DNA from: an uncultured Anaerolineae bacterium
GTDB lineage: Bacteria > Chloroflexota > Anaerolineae > JAFGEY01
Reading direction: 5' to 3'
Assembly: GCA_964449465.1 (NCBI GenBank)
Contig: CAYVBK010000012.1
Coordinates: forward strand, 26,552-90,551
Length of the DNA stretch: 64,000 bases
Shown: positions 18,568-25,808 of the stretch, piece after piece
How the letters are laid out: each line of letters opens with the position of its first letter
How positions within the stretch are numbered: position 1 is the stretch's first letter
Made by a program: the position numbers and the translations under genes
Notes under the pieces: model-generated
Database searches by the model: none
Told to the model about the DNA's origin: nothing
The model's input: the letters and a program-made list of their open reading frames with translations, nothing else

Positions 18568-18674
18568 CTTGCAGTAACACCTTGCTGAAACCGAAATGTA
18601 ACCATTGCCCGTCCAACGTCTTTCAACGCGTAATAGAACTTGCAGTAACACCTTGCTGAAACCGAAATGTAACC
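18568..18674. repeat. Two identical 36-bp direct repeats separated by a 35-bp unique spacer
   Basis: CTTGCAGTAACACCTTGCTGAAACCGAAATGTAACC at 18568-18603 and 18639-18674; flanking bases differ on both sides. Confidence 0.95.
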
Positions 18675-18690
18675 GACGGCGAAAAGCAGG

Positions 18691-18720
18691 TTGACAAATT
18701 GGCCTGATGTAGGGTATACT
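18691..18720 (+). promoter_or_regulatory. sigma70-type promoter
   Basis: TTGACA (18691-18696)-N18-TATACT (18715-18720). Confidence 0.75.
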
Positions 18721-18793
18721 AGAATCAGAAATGCAACCTGCCAAATGGAGGCCAGTGTGAGCTTGGAACCTTGTCGTATATTGACGATATTTC

Positions 18794-18830
18794 AAACACC
18801 AGGTGTGTCTGTGTGAGCCTGGTGTTTTTT
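18794..18830 (+). terminator. Intrinsic terminator between the promoter and the SWIM gene
   Basis: AAACACCAGG / CCTGGTGTTT 10-bp stem followed by a T-run, about 50 nt before ATG 18878. Confidence 0.75.
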
Positions 18831-18877
18831 GTTTGGTCGCCGCCGGATGACCGGCTTGTCTTGGAAGGGAGAGTAGA

Positions 18878-19168
18878 ATGGACTCAGGGATGATCGGTAA
18901 AATTCTCAAGGCCAGGCAGTATGCAGAAGAGCGAGATCGAGTCATGTTCGACCGATTTTCTGTCACTTTTCGTGGCGAGAATAACGATCACAAGGTAGAG
19001 TATCAAAACGGAAAATGGGCCTGCACCTGCGACTTTTTCTCTTCGCATCAGTTGTGCAGTCACACCATGGCTCTGGAGCGCATCCTGGATCGTATGATCC
19101 ACCCCATTGATGAAACCGTCGCCGAGACGGACCCAACCACCTCAATGCCAGAGGTGGCACTGGCCTGA
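18878..19168 (+). CDS. Small SWIM-type zinc-finger protein
   Basis: SD GGGAGAG. WACTCDFF...LCSHTMAL matches CxC-n-CxH. Confidence 0.8.
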   Translation: MDSGMIGKILKARQYAEERDRVMFDRFSVTFRGENNDHKVEYQNGKWACTCDFFSSHQLCSHTMALERILDRMIHPIDETVAETDPTTSMPEVALA

Positions 19169-19211
19169 CACAGACCCAACTCACCGGGCCAGATAAATCC
19201 ATACATTGCAG

Positions 19212-19248
19212 AACCCCTCCCACCAAATCAGTCGGCGGGAGGGGTTTT
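19212..19248. terminator. Terminator between convergent genes
   Basis: AACCCCTCCC (19212-19221) / GGGAGGGGTT (19237-19246) stem followed by TT-G-TT. Confidence 0.7.
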
Positions 19249-19249
19249 G

Positions 19250-19903
19250 TTACAGCGTCATAATCAAGGTTTGGCCCGAATACAGCTCTTTGAATCGCTC
19301 TGCATCGTTAACAGTGCCAACCACACCGGCGCCATAGTGCATCGGCACAGCCAGGCGCGGCCGAATAGCCTGGGCAGCCTGAGCGGCCTCCTCGGCGGTC
19401 ATAACATAGGTGCCGCTGACCGGCAGCAGGGCCATGTCGCAGTGAATCTGCGCCATTTCGGGGATGTGATCGGTGTCGCCGGCAAAGTAAATGCTCTCGC
19501 CGTTTAGCGTGACCACATAACCGTTGTGCAAGGCATCTTGAGGGTGAAACGGCACGCCGGGACTGCGGAATTTGGTCAGATTGTAGGCCGGCACGGCCTG
19601 AACGGTCACATCGCCAAGAGTCAGCGTTTCGCCGGGGCGCATGACCCGCACATCGCCGCACGGCGAACCGCCCAATTTGGGCGCGGCGGTCTGATTGCAC
19701 ACGATCACCGTATGCGGGCCGCTGATTTGTTTGACATCGCCCGGCGAACAATGATCGCCGTGTTCGTGGCTGACCAAAACAATGTCGGCTGCGGGCATGC
19801 CCGGCGGCAGCTTCCAGGGATCAAAATAGATCACCGGCGGCCCGTCCAACCGAAAACTGTCATGCCCCAACCAGTGCAGTTTATCCACCAGATTGATCTT
19901 CAT
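19250..19903 (-). CDS. Metallo-beta-lactamase-fold hydrolase
   Basis: WLGHDSF, IYFDPW, SHEHGDH, IYFAGDT and AVPMHYG. Confidence 0.9.
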   Translation of the reverse strand: MKINLVDKLHWLGHDSFRLDGPPVIYFDPWKLPPGMPAADIVLVSHEHGDHCSPGDVKQISGPHTVIVCNQTAAPKLGGSPCGDVRVMRPGETLTLGDVTVQAVPAYNLTKFRSPGVPFHPQDALHNGYVVTLNGESIYFAGDTDHIPEMAQIHCDMALLPVSGTYVMTAEEAAQAAQAIRPRLAVPMHYGAGVVGTVNDAERFKELYSGQTLIMTL

Positions 19904-20390
19904 GCTCTGAACTCCTTTCTAAACCTGTATCATTGCGGCTGCGCACCAGCACATGCCAGTCACCAACCTGCACCACCTCACCGCGCTGATTCAACAATTC
20001 CAGATTCAATATCACCCTTCCCCCGCCAATGTGCGGTATAGGCCGGACTTCGTTCACTGTCAATCTGACATGCACCGTATCGCCAATATAGATAGGTTTG
20101 CTAAATTTGCAGGTCAATTCGCGAAAAGCGATCATCGAACCTTGCAACATCCCCATCTGCATGGCCAGGCCAGAAGCGATGGCCAGCCCCAGCAGCCCGT
20201 GAGCGACGCGCTGTCCAAAAGACCCCTGCGCGGCCACCACCGCATCGGTGTGCAAAGCGTGAAAATCGCCCGACAGCCCGGCAAACAGCACCACATCGGC
20301 CTCGGTGATGGTGCGCGCGGCGGTGTGTATCTCGAGCCCTGCCTGGAAATCTTGCAGGTACATGCTGTGATCGATTATGTGGTGTGTCAT
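19881..20390 (-). CDS. MaoC-like (hotdog-fold) dehydratase
   Basis: RTITEADVVLFAGLSGDFHALH, VAHGLL and FSKPIYIGDT. Confidence 0.9.
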   Translation of the reverse strand: MTHHIIDHSMYLQDFQAGLEIHTAARTITEADVVLFAGLSGDFHALHTDAVVAAQGSFGQRVAHGLLGLAIASGLAMQMGMLQGSMIAFRELTCKFSKPIYIGDTVHVRLTVNEVRPIPHIGGGRVILNLELLNQRGEVVQVGDWHVLVRSRNDTGLERSSEHEDQSGG

Positions 20391-20408
20391 CGGCTTTTCC
20401 TCTTTTCT

Positions 20409-21152
20409 CTACCGCATCCCCAAACCGCCATCCACAGAGATGACCTGCCCGGTGATAAAAGCGGCCTCGTCGGAGGCTAGAAACGCCGCCAAAGCCGCCA
20501 CTTCATCCGGGCGACCAAACCGCCCCAATGGAGTAAGGGTCAAAGCCTGCTGCTTCCACTCGGCGGCCAGGTTCGCAGTCATGTCGGTCTCGATAAAACC
20601 GGGGGCAACGGCGTTGACGGTGATGCCGCGCCCGCCCACTTCGCGCGCCAGCGAGCGGGTCAGGCCGATCAGCCCGGCTTTGGCAGCGGCATAATTGGCC
20701 TGCCCCACATTGCCCATCAGCCCGGCCACCGACGAAACATTGATGATCCGCCCCCAGCGACGGCGGATCATGCCACGCAGTACAGCCCGCGCGGCATAGA
20801 ACGCCCCATTGAGGTTGGTTTGCAGCACGGTATCCCAATCCTGGTCGGACATGCGTGCCATCAGACCATCGCGGGTGACGCCAGCATTGTTGATCAGCAC
20901 ATCCAGGGCGCCCCATTCCCGTTCGATCTGCGCCACCATCTGATTGACCACCTCGGCCGAGCGCACATCGGCCTGAATGACCATAGCCTGCCCGCCTTGT
21001 GCCTGAATTTCGGCGGCCACCGACCGGGCCGCCTCATCGCGGACGGTGTAATTGATGGCCACAGCCAGACCTTGAGCGGCCAGGCGGACGGCGATGGCTC
21101 GCCCGATGCCGCGCGACCCGCCGGTGACCAAAGCGACACGGTTGTTGTTCAT
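20409..21152 (-). CDS. fabG: 3-oxoacyl-ACP reductase (SDR)
   Basis: SD AGGAGG before ATG 21152. VTGGSRGIG, NNAGVTRD, YAAAK and VNAVAPGFIETDM. Confidence 0.9.
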   Translation of the reverse strand: MNNNRVALVTGGSRGIGRAIAVRLAAQGLAVAINYTVRDEAARSVAAEIQAQGGQAMVIQADVRSAEVVNQMVAQIEREWGALDVLINNAGVTRDGLMARMSDQDWDTVLQTNLNGAFYAARAVLRGMIRRRWGRIINVSSVAGLMGNVGQANYAAAKAGLIGLTRSLAREVGGRGITVNAVAPGFIETDMTANLAAEWKQQALTLTPLGRFGRPDEVAALAAFLASDEAAFITGQVISVDGGLGMR

Positions 21153-21165
21153 TCCTTCCTCCTGT

Positions 21166-23979
21166 TCAATGCGCCGCGAATTCGACCTGCAAGGTGACCA
21201 CCTCGCGACCGCCGACCGCCATCTCGATATGTCCATCGGCGGCGACGAAAAGCCGTTCCAGGTTGCGCTCGGCCAGATTGCAACGCGCCGCGCCGACGGG
21301 CGATTGCCAGAATCGCACCATCGCCCGGCAGGGACGGGTGTCGGTATTCCAAAATCGGACGATCAGCCCGTTTCCTTGCTCGGCTTCCTTGATCGCACTG
21401 ATCATCAGGTTGGCCGGCTCGAGGCGCACAAAACTGCTCGCAGCCGGCAGCGACCCACCGTGCGCCGATGCACAGACAGCGCGCAGCGGGGCGTTCCAGG
21501 CCTGCGCCTGCTCCATCGCCGGCTGCCGGTCGGCAGCAAAGGGAATCAACGCATAATGACAGGTGTGCACGCCGATACACTGCGCTTCGGGCGTGGGCAG
21601 ACCGGGGCCAGCGTGGCCGTGTCGGCTGGACATGTCGTCGCGAGACAACCAGCCCACCGAACGCAGCAGGGTCAGGGCGATCTCGCTGCCTTGAGCCGTC
21701 CGCAAGGCTTCCACCTCGGGCAGGCCGCGGTTGGCTACAAGCAATCCGCGGCGACCATCGCCCACCGCCGACCAGGCACGCTGAGGATAAGTCGGAACGG
21801 GTTGCTCAACCCAATCGGCTGTGTCGGTGGGCAAATCAAGTGAGCGAGAAACGATGTCAAAGTGATTTTCTGTATCAAAAGAATCCACCTGCACCGGCAC
21901 AGGGAAATGAGCGCGCAGGCGGTGATCGGCGGCAGTGTTCTCGACGGTGGTTTCAATGTCCACCCGACGCACGCCCGGCGACAGCGAGACGCGGCTGGTG
22001 ATGGGCAGTTCGACCCACTCGTCGCTGCGCTGCATATGCGTCTCGTCGAGGCTTTGCGGCAAGCGATAGGTCAGCGATATTTCGAGCATCTGGCGGGCCG
22101 GGCTGCTTTCAATCAGGCAGATCAGCGGCTTGTCGGCGGCGGCCTGCACAGGCATATCTCCGTCTACCGGGCAGAAATTGTACTCGTCGCCGCGGTCGCC
22201 CACATCCACAAAACGATTCAAACCATCGTAAACAACACCGGTCTCTTTGTCGGTCAAGGTCAATGTGCCATCGTCGGCCACGCGCAGGCCCAAGAACTCG
22301 TTTTCGATGAACGGTTCAACCGGCACGGGCTGTTCCAACCAGGCCGGCACAGATTTGAGCCAAAAGGTGCGGTATCCACACCCCGGCACATCGGGGGCCA
22401 CAAAACTGCAACGAGCGCGTTCGCCATGATGGACGACAATGTGCGTCTGCTGGATATGCCCCTGTGCCAGCAAGGCCTGAATCTCGGCCTGGCCACGCTG
22501 AACCACATCGGGACGCGGCGGCAGCCCGCGCCCCAACTCGATCTCGATGTGCAGCCATTCACCGTCTACATGGAGGCGAACATGTTGGATGCCCGCACCC
22601 TCGATCTCGTAGGGAATTTCGCCGACCATCAAGGCCAGTTGGGTTGCCGGCACATTCATCTCGACCAGCACATCGCGTTCTGGCTCGCCGAGTTGCGGCA
22701 CGACAATCCGCCCATCCTCGGCCACCAGCACCAGACCAGCCTCGCTGCCGCCGAACGGCACCATCACCTGCGCCCGATCGGTGCGCGGGCGAGCTGTAGG
22801 ATTAAAGACGATAATAGACGGCGATTGATCGTCACTGGTGGTGTCCACCAGCGCAGCCAGCCCATCCAGGCACTGCTCCGTCATCTGCTCGCCAATTTGC
22901 TCCACCCAATCGAAACGCACGGCCATTTCCTTGTGCACCTGGTCAATGCTGCACCCGCAAATCGAGTCGTGGGGATGGTTTTGCAGCAGATACCGCCAGG
23001 CCTGGCGCACCAGCGCCCCTTGCCGGCGCAGGGCCATCGGCGTGTCGAGGATTTCAACCAGGGCGGCCAACGGCTCGGCCCAGGCGGTGAGCAACGTTTC
23101 GCAGGCGGCATTGCGCTGCTTGATCCACATGCGCGTAGACAGCACGCCGGGCAAAAGGGGAGCGGCGGCGCACTGCCGCAGTTCGCCCGAAACGGTCTCC
23201 AACGACGGCGCAGCCGCACGCACATCGGCGATAAACTGCGGCAAAGTACCGTGCCGAATGTCCACATCGGGCAAGGCGGTGCGGGCGGCTTCAAGCAGAC
23301 GCGGCAGTTCGGGCATCGGCTCCAGGTGATCCGAGCCGTTCATCGCCAGCAAGTGCGGTGTGGTGGCAGTGGGGGCCAGCTCGGCGACGATCTGGCGGGT
23401 GCGCCGGATGAACGCTTCCGGATCGGGGGGCATTTGGGCGGCATTGCCATAGCCATTGTGCTGATGAATCACCAGCACCTCCGAGCCGTCGGGAGAGCGC
23501 CACAGCCACTCGTTGGCCACCCCGCCGATGCCGCGCCAAAACACGGCCACATCTATGTCAAACCCGCGCAAAATCTGGGGCAATTGGCTGATGTGACCGA
23601 ACGGGTCGGGAATGTTGCCCACGTCCATGCGCCGCCCAAAACGAGCACAGGTCTGCGCCCCGATCAGCAAATTGCGGATGGTAGATTCGGGCGAAACCAA
23701 AAATTCATCGGGCAAAATGTGCCAGGGGCCGATCTGGACGCGCCCTTGCTGGACATACTGACGGATCGCCGCCTCTTTTTCGGGGCGAATAGCCAGATAA
23801 TCGTCCAGAACGATGGTCTGGCCGTCGAGCATAAAATACTTGAAATCGGGGTCGGTGTCGAGGATGCGCAGCAGTTTGTCCATCATCTGCACCAGGCGGA
23901 TGCGAAACCGCTCAAACGGCTCATACCACTCGCGATCCCAGTGTGTGTGCGAAACAAAGGTCAGAGTATGTTTGAACAT
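21166..23979 (-). CDS. Glycoside hydrolase family 38 (alpha-mannosidase / MngB-like)
   Basis: Start ATG 23979. SHTHWDREWY, LDGQT, GPWHILPDEFL, PDPFGH and HPHDSICGCS. Confidence 0.93.
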   Translation of the reverse strand: MFKHTLTFVSHTHWDREWYEPFERFRIRLVQMMDKLLRILDTDPDFKYFMLDGQTIVLDDYLAIRPEKEAAIRQYVQQGRVQIGPWHILPDEFLVSPESTIRNLLIGAQTCARFGRRMDVGNIPDPFGHISQLPQILRGFDIDVAVFWRGIGGVANEWLWRSPDGSEVLVIHQHNGYGNAAQMPPDPEAFIRRTRQIVAELAPTATTPHLLAMNGSDHLEPMPELPRLLEAARTALPDVDIRHGTLPQFIADVRAAAPSLETVSGELRQCAAAPLLPGVLSTRMWIKQRNAACETLLTAWAEPLAALVEILDTPMALRRQGALVRQAWRYLLQNHPHDSICGCSIDQVHKEMAVRFDWVEQIGEQMTEQCLDGLAALVDTTSDDQSPSIIVFNPTARPRTDRAQVMVPFGGSEAGLVLVAEDGRIVVPQLGEPERDVLVEMNVPATQLALMVGEIPYEIEGAGIQHVRLHVDGEWLHIEIELGRGLPPRPDVVQRGQAEIQALLAQGHIQQTHIVVHHGERARCSFVAPDVPGCGYRTFWLKSVPAWLEQPVPVEPFIENEFLGLRVADDGTLTLTDKETGVVYDGLNRFVDVGDRGDEYNFCPVDGDMPVQAAADKPLICLIESSPARQMLEISLTYRLPQSLDETHMQRSDEWVELPITSRVSLSPGVRRVDIETTVENTAADHRLRAHFPVPVQVDSFDTENHFDIVSRSLDLPTDTADWVEQPVPTYPQRAWSAVGDGRRGLLVANRGLPEVEALRTAQGSEIALTLLRSVGWLSRDDMSSRHGHAGPGLPTPEAQCIGVHTCHYALIPFAADRQPAMEQAQAWNAPLRAVCASAHGGSLPAASSFVRLEPANLMISAIKEAEQGNGLIVRFWNTDTRPCRAMVRFWQSPVGAARCNLAERNLERLFVAADGHIEMAVGGREVVTLQVEFAAH

Positions 23980-24013
23980 AAAAAATCCTTTCCCATCAAC
24001 AGCCAACCTGGAG

Positions 24014-24775
24014 TCAACCCAATTCCAGGCAGGCATCGGCGGCCAACCAAAAGAGATTGCGACGAATGTCGGTGCGGCTCTGCCAGGAGCGATTGTCCCA
24101 CTCGTCGCCGCTGAGATCATCGCCACCATACAACACCTGGCCGAACAGCACCCCGCGATGCTGCGCCACCGCCATCATACTGGCCGCCTCCATCTCGACT
24201 ACCAGGCAGCCTTCTTGTCGCCGCCGCTCGACCTTGTGCCGCGTCTCGCGATAGGGCGCGTCGATGGTCCAGGTTTTGCCCACACGAAACGGGATGTGCT
24301 GTCGCTCCATCGTCCGCACCAGGGCTGCCACACCCTGCTCTTGGGCAACAATTTCGCGAGACGGCGGCACATAGTGATACGAGACGCCCTCATCGCGCAC
24401 GGCCGCCGATACCACGATCAGGTGGCCGACGGCAATGCCCGGTTCCAGCACGCCACAGCCGCCGCAGGCGATGAATTGGCGGCAACCCAGGGCGATCGTT
24501 TCTTCCAGCAGGCCGGCGGCCATCGGCGCGCCCACGCCGGGTTGAAAAAAGGCCAGCCGCTGCCCGCAATACTCAATCTCGTATAGGGGATGGGGACCAT
24601 CTTCCCAGTGATGCTCGAACAGTATGCGAGCATTGCGCTCGCTCACCACCTGCTCCAGCACCTCATGAAAAAAACAAATCACACAGCGAGTCGGCACATC
24701 GCCGGGCTGCACCAATCGAGACGGCTCGATCACGGCCTCTGGGGCAGGGTCAAATTCCAGAATGGGGTAGGTCAT
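24014..24775 (-). CDS. Nucleoside phosphorylase (PNP/UDP family)
   Basis: SD GAAAGGA before ATG 24775. GVGAP, CGGCGVL, RDEGVSYHY, WTIDAPYRET and VEMEAA. Confidence 0.85.
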   Translation of the reverse strand: MTYPILEFDPAPEAVIEPSRLVQPGDVPTRCVICFFHEVLEQVVSERNARILFEHHWEDGPHPLYEIEYCGQRLAFFQPGVGAPMAAGLLEETIALGCRQFIACGGCGVLEPGIAVGHLIVVSAAVRDEGVSYHYVPPSREIVAQEQGVAALVRTMERQHIPFRVGKTWTIDAPYRETRHKVERRRQEGCLVVEMEAASMMAVAQHRGVLFGQVLYGGDDLSGDEWDNRSWQSRTDIRRNLFWLAADACLELG

Positions 24776-24809
24776 TGGATTTCCTTTCAAGGATGGGGTA
24801 GGTCATTGG
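24762..24809. repeat. 17-bp direct repeat (31-bp period) duplicating the gene start
   Basis: ATGGGGTAGGTCATTGG at 24762-24778 and 24793-24809. Confidence 0.85.
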
Positions 24810-24857
24810 GCTTTCAAGCCGCACGCCCACGCGCGGCGGAAACTCTAGGGCAGGCAG

Positions 24858-25718
24858 CTAGAAAACGACCACCTGCGCCACGCCGATGAGCATGATCAGC
24901 GCGCCGACGGCGGCATTTACGGTAGGCACTTCACCGAGCAGCCACCAACTCAACAAGATGCCGCCAGTCACTTCTTGCGTGGCAATCAGGTTGACTAAAG
25001 TAGGGTGGACGCGGCGCAGGGCAGCGTTGTAAAGGGTATGGCCGAGGCCCAACGGAAAAACGCCCAAAATCAAAATAGATAATAAAGGCAGTCCGGGATG
25101 CACAGGAATCTTGAACGTCAAAACGGCCAGCGGCAACAGCCACAACCCGGCCAAGCCATACACACCGGCGGCATAGGTCAGCAACGGCCAGCGCGCCCGC
25201 TGCGCCCGTCCGGTGGCCGAATAGAGGCCAAAGGTGATCGCCGAGCCGACAGCCAGCAGATCGCCCCAGAGCATGCGCCAGGTCCAGGCCGGCTCAAACC
25301 CCGACAGCACCACCATACCCAGCAAGGTGATGATCACACCGATCCACTTGGTACGCGGCAGTGGTTCGCGGTTGAGCAGGCGGTTGAACAACGAGACCCA
25401 GATCGGTGAGGTATAGACCAGCGCCAGCGAATGTGCCACCGTGGTGTAACTCAATGAAGCGATATAGAACACAAAGTGCAGCGCCGTGATCAATCCCCAC
25501 AGGGCAAATCGCCCCCAATCGGCCCGCTCGATGCGCGGCCGCTGCCCCTGAATCAGAGCGATCAGCAACACGGTGGCCGACCCGACCAGCATACGCAGTC
25601 CGGTGACGACAAACGGCGACAGGTCGGCGGCCCAACGGATGAACACCGGCGTGGTAGAAAAAGCCAGCACGGCCAGCGAGACATACAGTAAACCGGTTCG
25701 TTGGGCGTCAAATTTCAT
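24858..25718 (-). CDS. DMT/EamA-family transporter
   Basis: About 10 TM segments in two EamA-like halves (YTSPIW, GDLLAVGSA, GHTLYNAAL). Confidence 0.88.
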   Translation of the reverse strand: MKFDAQRTGLLYVSLAVLAFSTTPVFIRWAADLSPFVVTGLRMLVGSATVLLIALIQGQRPRIERADWGRFALWGLITALHFVFYIASLSYTTVAHSLALVYTSPIWVSLFNRLLNREPLPRTKWIGVIITLLGMVVLSGFEPAWTWRMLWGDLLAVGSAITFGLYSATGRAQRARWPLLTYAAGVYGLAGLWLLPLAVLTFKIPVHPGLPLLSILILGVFPLGLGHTLYNAALRRVHPTLVNLIATQEVTGGILLSWWLLGEVPTVNAAVGALIMLIGVAQVVVF

Positions 25719-25732
25719 CGTCGAATTTCTAG

Positions 25733-25808
25733 CGGTCTGTCGGAAAGACTATTCGTTGCCTCACTTGAGGATGTCGGAACCCCGAACTTTTCGGGGACAC
25801 CCAGCCTG
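25733..25808. mobile_element. MITE-like element, family A, short copy (76 bp)
   Basis: Flanked by CTAG on both sides (25729-25732, 25809-25812). Ends CGGTCTGTC...CCCAGCCTG; the interior aligns with the first part of 60387-60517. Confidence 0.65.

Noticed and set aside
18568-18674. Calling the 36-bp repeat pair a CRISPR array
   Set aside because: Only two repeats, non-canonical ends, weak palindromy, and no cas gene or leader evidence in the window. Kept as a repeat and a finding.
19655-19680. GGSPC segment of the MBL hydrolase as a third in-frame repeat insertion (starts GGGCGGTT like the topA element)
   Set aside because: Only a 4-bp stem and a short GC-rich match, which could easily be chance.
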